Positions 43,959-52,298 of a stretch of 64,000 nucleotides of DNA are shown piece after piece; position 1 is the stretch's first letter, and each line of letters starts with the position of its first letter. The notes beneath the pieces were generated by a model that was given only the letters and a program-made list of their open reading frames with translations, was not told the origin of the DNA and ran no database searches. The translations under genes were made by a program, and so were the position numbers. The DNA is from Candidatus Micrarchaeota archaeon. GTDB taxonomy: Archaea; Micrarchaeota; Micrarchaeia; Anstonellales; Anstonellaceae. The stretch spans positions 4,325 through 68,324 of the forward strand of contig JAKAJC010000002.1 of assembly GCA_021814005.1 (NCBI GenBank), in the 5' to 3' direction.

Positions 43959-44816
43959 TTATTCCACTCGAATACTGATGGGGATTGTGATGTTCTCGCC
44001 CGGCAAGTCCGAGCCGGCGGCCGGCACGGCGCTGATGGTGAGGTAGCCCGCCCGCAGGCCGGGCGTGATGGAGGAAATCGTCACAATGGCCGTCTGGGCG
44101 GCCCCAGATGCGAGGTCCCCGTTCGTGCCGTCATAGGCGCAGCTGACGGTTCCGGAAGGGCAGCTCAGCGTTTGGGCGAGAGTATAAGTCACGTTGGCCC
44201 GGTTGCTGATGAGCAGGCGGGTGGAATTGGCCGGCCCGCCATTCGGGATTCTCATGTAGATGCCAGTTATGTTCACCACCAGCCCTCCAGCCGGGCGGAT
44301 GAGCACGTGCGTGCCGTTGTTGTAGACCGAAGCATAGAACCGCCCCGTCTTGAGCGGCCACTGCCCGCTCACGTTCATCGGCAGCGAGCGCGAGACGTCT
44401 CCAATCCCGCTGATGTTGAGCGAGAGCGTGCGGCCGGCTATCCTGCTTGTCGCCAGGTCGGCAGCATCGGGAATGTCAACCGTCATCTTCTGTTCTGCCC
44501 CTGCCCCGGCCGCCCAGACCTCCTGCGCCGCCCCGGCCAGCACGCTTAAACTGTGCGCGGCCGTGCGCTGCTGCACCACTATGCCCTGCTGCGCATACTG
44601 GCCCATGAACACGATGACGAGGACGAGCAGTATGAGCAGCATGGCCGCCGTGAGCATGAGATACTCCAAAGAAACTTGTCCGCACGGGGCCCGGCCCCGC
44701 GAGACCTGAGCGCGCAGGACCTGGCCCCGCGAGACCTGAGCGCGCAGGACCTGGCCCCGCGAGACCTGAGCGCGCAGGACCTGGCCCAGCGAATTTTGGC
44801 CGCGTGGTGTTTTCAT
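43959..44816 (-). CDS. Archaeal type IV pilin-like protein (DUF361/EppA-substrate class) with a repeat-expanded leader
   Basis: The class III signal is ...RG RAPCG|QVSLEYLMLTAAMLLILLVLVIVF (G-1, Q+1, E+5 and a hydrophobic helix). The mature domain is beta/Gly-rich with N-x-S/T sites. The leader contains the motif RGQVLRAQVS three times. Confidence 0.7.
   Translation of the reverse strand: MKTPRGQNSLGQVLRAQVSRGQVLRAQVSRGQVLRAQVSRGRAPCGQVSLEYLMLTAAMLLILLVLVIVFMGQYAQQGIVVQQRTAAHSLSVLAGAAQEVWAAGAGAEQKMTVDIPDAADLATSRIAGRTLSLNISGIGDVSRSLPMNVSGQWPLKTGRFYASVYNNGTHVLIRPAGGLVVNITGIYMRIPNGGPANSTRLLISNRANVTYTLAQTLSCPSGTVSCAYDGTNGDLASGAAQTAIVTISSITPGLRAGYLTISAVPAAGSDLPGENITIPISIRVE
44701..44790. repeat. 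Perfect 30-bp direct tandem repeat x3 (GAGACCTGAGCGCGCAGGACCTGGCCCCGC) with degenerate flanking partial copies
   Basis: Read directly: copies at 44701-730 and 44731-760 are identical, and copy 44761-790 has a single change. A partial copy lies at 44681-700. The repeat is in frame (10 codons) within the pilin leader on the minus strand. Confidence 0.85.
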
Positions 44817-44858
44817 ATACCTGCTTCGAGCGGGCGGTTTTTAATTCTGGAGGCGCTT

Positions 44859-45473
44859 ATGGCCTTTATGCAACTGGCGGTCTATCCTCCCCTGCGTCCG
44901 GCGCTTGATTTGGCCCTTGCCATCAGCCGCTCCGGCGGCGTTGTGGTATATCCCACAGACACGGTCTACGGGGTGGGCGGGGACGCCACCAATGCCGCCG
45001 TGGTGTCGCGCATCATTTTGCTCAAAAGCCGGCCAGCCAACCAGCCGATGACCGTGCTGTTCCCGGACTGGGCCATGGCGCAGGACTATGTGAAAATGGA
45101 TTCGGCCCTGCGAAAAGCCCTCGAAGAACTCACGCCCGGGCCCTACACCTTCCTCCTGCCTCTTGCCAAAGCCCTGCCCGTCACCTCCAGCCCCCTCATC
45201 GGCTGCCGCGTGCCCTCGCACGAGTTCTGCCTTGCGTGGGCCAAGGGGTTGGGCAAGCCGATTATCACCACCTCGGCCAACCGCCACCAGTCGCCCCCCG
45301 CGCGCGCCATTGAGGAGCTGGACGAAACTATCGCGACCGGCGCGGACCTCATAGTGGACGGCGGGCCGTCGCAGAGCGAGACCGGCTCCACCATCATCGA
45401 CGTTCCCCGCAAACGGATTTTGCGCGAGGGCGCGGAACTCGCCAAAGCCAAAGCATGGCTGAAGAAGTTGTGA
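44859..45473 (+). CDS. tsaC: L-threonylcarbamoyladenylate synthase (TsaC/YrdC/Sua5 family)
   Basis: YPTDTVYGVGGDA (YrdC signature), ...TSANRHQSP... and a length of 204 aa. The start is ATG 44859, preceded by GGAGG. The tool's 44553 start is an antisense artefact over the pilin repeats. Confidence 0.8.
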   Translation: MAFMQLAVYPPLRPALDLALAISRSGGVVVYPTDTVYGVGGDATNAAVVSRIILLKSRPANQPMTVLFPDWAMAQDYVKMDSALRKALEELTPGPYTFLLPLAKALPVTSSPLIGCRVPSHEFCLAWAKGLGKPIITTSANRHQSPPARAIEELDETIATGADLIVDGGPSQSETGSTIIDVPRKRILREGAELAKAKAWLKKL

Positions 45474-46102
45474 AAATGATATTCGAATTCGGCGCAGTCT
45501 CGCTCGATTTATCAATTCCTTCTTCTGTCTATCTGCCCAGCGACGACACCGAAATGCTGGCATTGGCCGCATTGGAGCAGGTGCCGGCCGGCTCGTCTGT
45601 TTTGGAAATCGGAACCGGTTCGGGAGTCGTAATCCTGAGTCTGGCCAAAAACAAAAAGAAATTTTCAAAACTGGCGGCAGTGGACATTGAGCCATCGGCC
45701 GTCGAGACAGCAAAAAAAAATGCAAAAGAAAACAAAATAGATTTCGTTCAATTCGTTCAATCGAATTTGTTTGATTCATTGCCCGCCAACTCGAAATTTG
45801 ATTTTATTTTGTTCAATCCGCCTTACTTGCCCACCGCCGACCTTGACAAAGTGAAAGGTTCGCTGAATTCTGCGCTGGACGGCGGAACAGATGGCTTGGA
45901 TGTGGTGCGCCGTTTTCTGGCCGAGGCAGGCGAACATCTTACACAGGGCGGAAAAATCCTCATCGTTGTCAGTTCCTTGCAGCCCAAAGACAAATTGGAA
46001 AAGATTCTGGCCGAACACCGCTTCCTCCATCGTTCTCTTTCTTCCAAAAGCTTTTTCTTCGAAAAGCTGGAAGTGTGGATGCTGGAACAAAGGACTAAAT
46101 AG
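45455..46102 (+). CDS. HemK/PrmC-family (Mtq2-like) N5-glutamine methyltransferase
   Basis: Motif I VLEIGTGSGVVILSLA and catalytic NPPY (FILFNPPYLPT). It overlaps tsaC by 19 nt. Confidence 0.7.
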   Translation: MAEEVVKMIFEFGAVSLDLSIPSSVYLPSDDTEMLALAALEQVPAGSSVLEIGTGSGVVILSLAKNKKKFSKLAAVDIEPSAVETAKKNAKENKIDFVQFVQSNLFDSLPANSKFDFILFNPPYLPTADLDKVKGSLNSALDGGTDGLDVVRRFLAEAGEHLTQGGKILIVVSSLQPKDKLEKILAEHRFLHRSLSSKSFFFEKLEVWMLEQRTK

Positions 46103-46123
46103 TGCGCAGGAGAGGTCTGCCCC

Positions 46124-46663
46124 ATGCACGAGATACGCGTCATCACCAAGGGGGCCGATTTGCTCAAAATCGGGCCGAAGGCCTTCCGCGTTTTCATCAC
46201 GCCGTTCGTGAAGGAGAAATCCTATCTGTCCGTGCAGAAAGCGCCCACACTCGCGCAGCAAAAAGCATGGGTGGTCGCCAGAGCCAAGGAGATTGACAAA
46301 AAGGCTCTCTTTTACGTCATGCTTTTCAGCGACAGAAAGCTCGTCGGCGATTGCTCGGCTCATCTGGCCAGCGAACGCCAGTCGGAGTGCCACAACGTGT
46401 CTTTTGGCCTCGCCATCTCCAAATCCCATCGCGGCATGGGCTGGGGCGAGAAGCTGCTGCGCCGGGCCATAATCGAAGCCAAGAAGCGGTTCAAGCCTCA
46501 CCGTATATGGATTGAGCACACGGAAGGCAACGCGCCCGCGCGGCGTCTTTATCAGAAAGTCGGATTTGTCGAAGTCTGCCGCCTGAACGAGTATCTCAAT
46601 CACCATGGCGTCTGGAAAGACAAAATCCTGATGCAATACAAGCCAAAGAAGAAGACGCGCTGA
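46124..46663 (+). CDS. GNAT-family N-acetyltransferase
   Basis: GNAT motif A region (...SKSHRGMGWGEKLLRRAIIEAKK...) and 179 aa. Confidence 0.7.
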   Translation: MHEIRVITKGADLLKIGPKAFRVFITPFVKEKSYLSVQKAPTLAQQKAWVVARAKEIDKKALFYVMLFSDRKLVGDCSAHLASERQSECHNVSFGLAISKSHRGMGWGEKLLRRAIIEAKKRFKPHRIWIEHTEGNAPARRLYQKVGFVEVCRLNEYLNHHGVWKDKILMQYKPKKKTR

Positions 46664-46667
46664 TGCC

Positions 46668-47399
46668 ATGCCGCCCTCAAAACCCTCTTTCCGCATAATT
46701 CTTGTGCGCACAGAATACGAGATGAACCTCGGCTCTGCCGCGCGCCTCATGGCCAACTTCGGCCAGTCCCCCCTCTATCTGGTCAAGCCCGACTGCATGG
46801 TCGGCTTCACGGCCAAAATGTATGCCAAGCACGCGGCCGGACTCTTGGACAAGGCAGTCATATGCAACACGCTGGCCGAAGCCACCCGGGGCTGCCGGAT
46901 GGTGGTGGGCACCACCGGCGTGCTGCGAAGGCACCGCGATGCATTGCGCCATCCGCTCATGGTCGAAGAATTCCGTGAAATGGTTGCCGGACAAAAATGG
47001 AAGGCGACTGACACAATCGCCATTCTTTTTGGCGCCGAAGGCAACGGCCTGACCGAAGACGAAATCAAGCACTGCGACGCGCTCATCACCATTCCCACCA
47101 CCAGCCGCTACCCTGTCATCAACCTTTCCCATTCCATTGCCGTGGTGCTCTATGCGCTGATTGGCCAGCAAAAGAAGCTGCGCCACAGAGGCGAGGCGGC
47201 CGACGCGGCGCAGGCAAAGGCGCTGGCAGACACATTCGACCTGCTCACCGACCGCTATGCCTCCAATCTGCGCGACCCGCCCAAGGTGAAACTGGCTTTC
47301 AGGCGGGTGCTGGGCCGCGCCGTGCCCGACCGGGTGGAAGTGGCGGCGCTCATGACCGTGCTGAGGCAGGCGTGGCGGGAGCTGGAGAAGAAGAAATAA
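46668..47399 (+). CDS. SPOUT-class RNA 2'-O-methyltransferase (TrmH/TrmJ-like)
   Basis: SpoU motifs ILFGAEGNGLTEDEIKHCDALITIP and LNLSHSIAVVLYAL. Confidence 0.7.
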   Translation: MPPSKPSFRIILVRTEYEMNLGSAARLMANFGQSPLYLVKPDCMVGFTAKMYAKHAAGLLDKAVICNTLAEATRGCRMVVGTTGVLRRHRDALRHPLMVEEFREMVAGQKWKATDTIAILFGAEGNGLTEDEIKHCDALITIPTTSRYPVINLSHSIAVVLYALIGQQKKLRHRGEAADAAQAKALADTFDLLTDRYASNLRDPPKVKLAFRRVLGRAVPDRVEVAALMTVLRQAWRELEKKK

Positions 47400-47455
47400 A
47401 GCCGATAAATCAATGGAAAAATAAAAATGAAATAGAAAAAGGAAAAAGCGTCACA

Positions 47456-47821
47456 CTACTTCTTGCGTGTTTTGACAATCTTCACTTTGCTTGGTGTAAG
47501 CAGAATCTTGTCCTCATCAATGCGCGCAATGTCCCCGTTAATCTTGGAAACATGGCTCTTGATGTTGTCGATGATCATCTTGAGTTTCGCCGTGTTGCGC
47601 TTCATGGGCGAGACGTTGAGCAGGATTATGTTGCGGGCTTTGAGCTCCTCCATAATCACGTTCACGTCGCCCTCGGATTCGAGCGCGATGGGTTTTACGT
47701 AGTAGTCTGCAGCCTCGTGCAGCACGTCCACGTTCTCCATCTCAACAGTGTTCATGTACTCTTCGATGTTCATCTCCTTGGACATGCCTAAACCCTTGCT
47801 AATCTTTTCAAATATGCCCAT
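47456..47821 (-). CDS. sepF: Cell division protein SepF (DUF552)
   Basis: 121 aa. The pattern ...YYVKPIALESEGDVNVIMEELKARNIILLNVSPM...ARIDEDKILLTP matches archaeal SepF (VKPI.L....D...I..EL..GNI.I.N...L). Its GC content is lower than the surroundings. Confidence 0.7.
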   Translation of the reverse strand: MGIFEKISKGLGMSKEMNIEEYMNTVEMENVDVLHEAADYYVKPIALESEGDVNVIMEELKARNIILLNVSPMKRNTAKLKMIIDNIKSHVSKINGDIARIDEDKILLTPSKVKIVKTRKK

Positions 47822-48043
47822 GATGCCACCTCTAAGGTGCCGCCATTGACGCGACGATGCACTTCTTAGTGCTCCTTAATAAGTATTTTCTTATAAAGCT
47901 TTGCGAGGAACGCTTGCGCCGACGACGTGGCGGGCAGAATTCAAACATAAGGGGGACCCATCGACGGGGCTTTTGGCCCTATCGGCCCCCATCTCCCGGC
48001 CGTCGTATAACATGTTGGCGCATGGTTCATGTGTGTGGTAAAA
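47822..48043. promoter_or_regulatory. Candidate replication origin region (oriC) between sepF and orc1/cdc6
   Basis: Intergenic 222 bp. An AT-rich segment (CTTAATAAGTATTTTCTTATAAAGCTTT, about 47873-47903) is flanked by G-string elements of similar sequence in opposite orientation (GGGGGACCCATCGACGGGG near 47950, and rc GGGGGCCGATAGGGCC near 47975). Position next to orc1 is the common archaeal arrangement. Confidence 0.3.
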
Positions 48044-49402
48044 ATGCCGTCTTTCGATGACATCCTGTCGGCCCCCACCCTGTTCGCAGACAGGGGCGTG
48101 CTTTCGCCTCACTGGGTGCCGGATGTTCTGCCTTTCCGCGAAAAGGAAACAACGCGTATCATGACGGCCGTGGCCCCCGCCCTTGCGCACGAGCGCTCCC
48201 GCAACCTTTTCATCTACGGCAAGACCGGCACGGGCAAGACCTGCACGGTCCGAAAAGTCATGGCAGAATTCGAGGCAAGAAAATCATCCGCCCGCTCCTG
48301 CTACATCAACTGCCGCATGTACAATTCGCGTTATCGTGTCATCCAGAAAATGGCCAAGGATTTTGTTCCCGAACTTGACCGCTCGGGTTTTGGGCTCAAC
48401 ACTCTTTACGAGAAAATGATGGAATGGATTTCGCTCGACGAATCAGCCCCGACACCAAAAACCGGCAGGCGCGTGGTGGTTGTGCTTGACGAGGTGGACA
48501 TGGTGCGGGATTTGGACGAGCTGCTCTACACCCTCACACGCATGAATGACGAGTTGCAGGCCGGCTCCATCTCCATAATCGGCATAACAAACCGCCTCTC
48601 GTTCAAGGACGCGCTCGACCCGCGCTCCAAATCCTCGCTTTGCGAAACAGAAATGGTGTTTACCCCCTACTCCCCCAGCCAGCTGCGCGAAATATTGGCG
48701 CGGCGCACAGAAATGGGATTCAAGAAGGGGGTGGTGGAAGACTCGGCCATAAACTTGGCTGCCGCCATAGCCGCGCAGGAAACAGGAGACGCGCGCTATG
48801 CGCTCAAACTTCTCTTGCGCGCAGGTGAAATTGCCGATGAAAAGCACCGCCCGCACATAACTCACACTGAAGTGGAGGAGGCGCGCCGCTCGGTTGATGT
48901 TGATTTGGCTGCTGAAACCATTGCAACCTTGCCTGTTCACCAGCAGCTGGTTCTTTTGGCTGTATGCAACTTGTCATTAGAGGGCCAGCGCTATGCGCGT
49001 CTGGGCGGCACGCCATCCAACAATCAGGCAGACGGCGAGCATCATCTCATGTCGGGCGAAGTGTATGAAGAATACTCGCGCCTGTGCCGCACATACAAAA
49101 AGCCCAAGCGCTCGGCGCGCTGGTATCGTGAATATCTCAATGATTTGGAAATGCTGGGGCTCATCACCACAGTGGAATCAGGCCGCGGCATGCGCGGGCG
49201 CACCCGCCTTATCCGCCCAGGCTACTCGCCCGAGCAGATGAAAAAAATAATCGAAAAAAGCGCCGCCATCCACGGGCCGGATGACGCCATGCCTGATTTG
49301 CCGGAGGGCAAGGGCGGCCATTCCTCACTTTCCAAAATAGACGGCCAACTCTCTCTGGGCCGCTCGGACGGACAGGTGTCGAATTCCAAGCCGGCGTGGT
49401 GA
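48044..49402 (+). CDS. orc1: Orc1/Cdc6 replication initiator (paralogue 1)
   Basis: Walker A YGKTGTGKT, Walker B VVVLDEVD, sensor regions and a C-terminal winged helix (…GRGMRGRTRLIRPGYS…), followed by a Gly/Ser tail. Confidence 0.9.
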   Translation: MPSFDDILSAPTLFADRGVLSPHWVPDVLPFREKETTRIMTAVAPALAHERSRNLFIYGKTGTGKTCTVRKVMAEFEARKSSARSCYINCRMYNSRYRVIQKMAKDFVPELDRSGFGLNTLYEKMMEWISLDESAPTPKTGRRVVVVLDEVDMVRDLDELLYTLTRMNDELQAGSISIIGITNRLSFKDALDPRSKSSLCETEMVFTPYSPSQLREILARRTEMGFKKGVVEDSAINLAAAIAAQETGDARYALKLLLRAGEIADEKHRPHITHTEVEEARRSVDVDLAAETIATLPVHQQLVLLAVCNLSLEGQRYARLGGTPSNNQADGEHHLMSGEVYEEYSRLCRTYKKPKRSARWYREYLNDLEMLGLITTVESGRGMRGRTRLIRPGYSPEQMKKIIEKSAAIHGPDDAMPDLPEGKGGHSSLSKIDGQLSLGRSDGQVSNSKPAW

Positions 49403-49406
49403 AGAT

Positions 49407-49979
49407 ATGAAAAAGGATTCTCGTTTGGCTGATTTTCTATTCGAGGCCGGCCTGCTCAAGACAACTGGCCGCACTGGCTGGGAAACCGTTCGCGCGCCGC
49501 GCGAATCTGTGGCCGAGCACTCTTTCCGCACCGCAATGGTGGGCTGGGTGCTGGCCAAAATGGCCGGTCTTTCCCCATCTGAAGAAGCCTCTCTTATCAA
49601 GGCCTGCCTTTTCCATGACTTGCACGAGGCCAGAATCGGTGATTTGCACCGCTTGGCCAAATTATACGGAAAACTTGACGAAAAGAAATGCGAAGCAGAC
49701 CAGCGCGAGGGTTTGGCGCCAGCAATGGCAGATGATTTGATGCGCTCTCTCAACCTTCTCCCGCCCCGCCTCAAACAATTTGCATATGAGGCTGACAAAA
49801 TCGAGTGCGCGATTACGGCAAAAGAATACTTGGATGCGGGCTATAGGACAAAGAAATGGATTGAGCACACGCGCCCGATGCTGAAAAGCAAAGAGGCAAA
49901 GGCGTTGCTTGCAGCCATCGAAAAAACCGATTCTATTTCGTGGTTTATTGACAATCCCAAATGGGACTCGGGCAAGTGA
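49407..49979 (+). CDS. HD-domain hydrolase (YfbR-like 5'-deoxynucleotidase family)
   Basis: RTGW...ESVAEHSFRTAMV and CLFHDLHEARIGDL (HD motif); 190 aa. Confidence 0.75.
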   Translation: MKKDSRLADFLFEAGLLKTTGRTGWETVRAPRESVAEHSFRTAMVGWVLAKMAGLSPSEEASLIKACLFHDLHEARIGDLHRLAKLYGKLDEKKCEADQREGLAPAMADDLMRSLNLLPPRLKQFAYEADKIECAITAKEYLDAGYRTKKWIEHTRPMLKSKEAKALLAAIEKTDSISWFIDNPKWDSGK

Positions 49980-50014
49980 AGATATATGGACAAATGAAAC
50001 ATCCTTTTCCATAC

Positions 50015-50029
50015 CTTTATATAAATATT
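50015..50029 (+). promoter_or_regulatory. Strong TATA box (CTTTATATAAATATT) about 25 bp upstream of the 50047 start codon, implying a leaderless mRNA
   Basis: Read directly from the sequence; a canonical archaeal TATA element. Confidence 0.45.
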
Positions 50030-50046
50030 AACACAGAATTCATCTC

Positions 50047-51411
50047 ATGAAAACCAAGCTTATTGATATTCCTAGAATGAGCCAAAAGGAGCAGCAGAAA
50101 AAGTATCCTGGCATAATGACGCATACGGAGTTCATCCGCAAACGGGACTTTCCCCTCCTTGACCGCGCAGACCGGGTATATCTTGATTCTGGAGCCACCA
50201 GTCAGGAGCCGCAGTCAGTGAAGGACAAGATTCACCAGTACCGCAGCACCCATATCCGCGGCAGCAACCATTCTGAGAATTCGGCAGAAGCCAAGGAAGC
50301 GCAGATGCAGATTGAAAATGTCAGGGACAATCTCCAAAACTTCTTCGGCGCTTACGACTATTCCGTCTCCCTCACATCCGGAACAACCGCCTCGTCAATC
50401 GCGGTGGCTTCCCGTTTCAACTTCCACAAAAACGACATTCTTCTGCTCAGCGAGTCGGAGCACAACTCCCAAATCCTGTCCCCGCGAAATTTTGCAGGCG
50501 AGGCCGGCGCCAAGGTGCTCTACATACCGGTAGATTCGGAGGGCCGTCTTGACCTCGACTTCGTGCGCAATCTCGTTGCCAAAAACCCAGACGGCTACAT
50601 CCTGCTCTTTCTGGCCCATGCCTCCAATGTGACCGGCATCGTCCATCCTGTGCAGGAAATCCGCCAAATTTTGCGCGACAGCGACTTCATTTATCTTGAC
50701 ATGGCCCAGTCGGCAGGCCATATTCCTATTTCTCTTGATGATTTGGGCGTGGATTTTGCGGGCGTTTCGGCCCACAAGATGTACGGGCCGTTCGGAACCG
50801 GCGCCCTTTTCGTGCATCCATCCGCCGAAAGGCGCCTTGGCGACCGAGTCAGCGGCGGCAGCGCAGTGCACTGGGTATCCAAAGGGAACGAAAGCATGAT
50901 GGACTTGCCGGAGCGTCTCGAGCCCGGCACCCAGAACATCGAAGGCGCAATCGAGTGGGGCTATGCGCTCGATTATCTCAAACACATCGGCATGGCCAAG
51001 ATTGAAGCCCATGACCGCGAGCTCGGCCGCTATTTTGTCGGAGAGCTCGAGAAAATCAACAGCACTAAAGGCCCCGTCCACATCTACGGGCCCAAGACAT
51101 TCGAAGACCGCATAGCGGTGGTCACCTTCAACATCGGGCGCGAGGACAGCAAGAATTTCGCGCTGGTGGCCCAGAAACTCGACCAGATGGACATCAGCGT
51201 CCGCGACGGCTGTTTCTGCGCCCACATCCTGATGGCCAAGCTGGTAGCAAACGGCTACTTCGAGGAAGATGAAAAGCCTGGCGCGGTTCGCGCGTCATTC
51301 TCGTTCTACAACGACCTCAACGACGCCTACAAGGCGGTTAAGGCAATCGATGATTTGGTCGGCCTTTACCTGGAAGGACGGCTGAAAAAGTCAGGCGGCT
51401 GCAACTGCTGA
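50047..51411 (+). CDS. Class V aminotransferase / cysteine desulfurase-family protein (second paralogue outside the suf operon)
   Basis: The PLP-lysine motif SAHKMYGPFGTGALFV and class V fold signatures are present. A C-terminal CxxC-like GGCNC is unusual. It is 454 aa. Confidence 0.75.
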   Translation: MKTKLIDIPRMSQKEQQKKYPGIMTHTEFIRKRDFPLLDRADRVYLDSGATSQEPQSVKDKIHQYRSTHIRGSNHSENSAEAKEAQMQIENVRDNLQNFFGAYDYSVSLTSGTTASSIAVASRFNFHKNDILLLSESEHNSQILSPRNFAGEAGAKVLYIPVDSEGRLDLDFVRNLVAKNPDGYILLFLAHASNVTGIVHPVQEIRQILRDSDFIYLDMAQSAGHIPISLDDLGVDFAGVSAHKMYGPFGTGALFVHPSAERRLGDRVSGGSAVHWVSKGNESMMDLPERLEPGTQNIEGAIEWGYALDYLKHIGMAKIEAHDRELGRYFVGELEKINSTKGPVHIYGPKTFEDRIAVVTFNIGREDSKNFALVAQKLDQMDISVRDGCFCAHILMAKLVANGYFEEDEKPGAVRASFSFYNDLNDAYKAVKAIDDLVGLYLEGRLKKSGGCNC

Positions 51412-51448
51412 GCAGAGACCAAAAAAGAACGTATTTTTTTTACTTTTT

Positions 51449-51769
51449 TTACTGAAGGCCGTCCATTATTTCAAGCGCCTTTTTGACAGACATGCCTTCG
51501 CGCACGCCCATCTCCTCGGCCCACACGGTCATGCACTTGATTTTGGCGTGCTTCAAATCGTCAAAGCATTTCACGCCGGAAACAAAAGCGGCAACGTCGC
51601 CCAAGTGTTCGCACGAGGTCTTGTCCAAATACGAGCACGCGATGTATCCTTTGCGGGCTTTGACAATCAAAAGCGGCATATTGCCGAGGCTGAACACCAT
51701 TCCGGTGTACGAACGGCCCTCCATTACAAAGGTCTGCTCAGTCATGCCGCCACCGTACTCGTTTTTCAT
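51449..51769 (-). CDS. DUF1805 (YunC-like) domain protein
   Basis: MKNEYGGGMTEQTFVMEGRSYTGMVFSLGNMPLLIVKARKGYIACSYL... matches DUF1805. The start is ATG 51769 and overlaps the rps26e stop (ATGA). The tool's 51907 start adds an Arg/Pro/Gly junk leader. Confidence 0.55.
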   Translation of the reverse strand: MKNEYGGGMTEQTFVMEGRSYTGMVFSLGNMPLLIVKARKGYIACSYLDKTSCEHLGDVAAFVSGVKCFDDLKHAKIKCMTVWAEEMGVREGMSVKKALEIMDGLQ

Positions 51770-52080
51770 GCCGAGTCCTGGTTGCCGAATCTCTCCTGGG
51801 TGCCCCAGCGGTCCCCGTCTTCGCGGTCCTGCTGGCCCCATCCGCTTCCCGAGCGGCGCGCCATCATGCGCGCTTTCTTTTCGTAAAGCTTGAGGTGCTT
51901 CGCGCACGAGGGGCAGTAATGCATCTCGCGGCGCAGCATGGTGCGCACGTCGTCATTTGTCTTCAAGTCGGTTGAATACACTGTCACGCGGTCGTAGGCC
52001 AGCGCCTTGTCTTTCGGCACTCTCCTCCCGCACGATGCGCAATTGATAAGCTTGATGCTTCCTCGGACGCGTCCTGCCAT
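51766..52080 (-). CDS. rps26e: Ribosomal protein S26e
   Basis: INCASCGRRVPKDKALAYDRVTV...HYCPSCAKHLK matches the S26e zinc-ribbon core (CTNCARCVPKDKAI...HYCVSCAIH). Confidence 0.8.
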   Translation of the reverse strand: MAGRVRGSIKLINCASCGRRVPKDKALAYDRVTVYSTDLKTNDDVRTMLRREMHYCPSCAKHLKLYEKKARMMARRSGSGWGQQDREDGDRWGTQERFGNQDSA

Positions 52081-52092
52081 CCGACCACCTCC

Positions 52093-52293
52093 CTACTTTT
52101 CCTTGATTTTGATTGCATAGCGGCCCGGAGCCTTTACGCCCAGGCGGGCCGCGATTTCTGATTTGGCTGGATCGAAAATCTGTGCTGTTGAATTGAAGCG
52201 CTCTGTGAACTCGGTGCCCTGGCACAGGGGGCATGTCGTTTCTGTCTCGACAATCAATCTGCAATTTTTGCAAGCTTTGCTCATATGTGCCAA
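52093..52293 (-). CDS. spt4: Transcription elongation factor Spt4 / RNA polymerase subunit E''
   Basis: KACKNCRLIVETETTCPLC zinc ribbon, then ...LGVKAPGRYAIKI, as in archaeal Spt4 (...LGLKVPGRYAIRV). Confidence 0.75.
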   Translation of the reverse strand: MAHMSKACKNCRLIVETETTCPLCQGTEFTERFNSTAQIFDPAKSEIAARLGVKAPGRYAIKIKEK

Positions 52294-52298
52294 CTCTT

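Noticed and set aside
44681-44790. 30-bp direct repeats as a possible CRISPR array
   Set aside because: The repeats are directly abutting with no spacers and only 3 copies. They are in frame inside a pilin leader. This is a coding tandem repeat, not CRISPR.
44553-44858. N-terminal 102 codons of the + strand ORF 44553..45473
   Set aside because: The translation (DLSAQDLAPR x3) is the antisense reading of the pilin repeat. tsaC homology and an RBS-like GGAGG begin at 44859.
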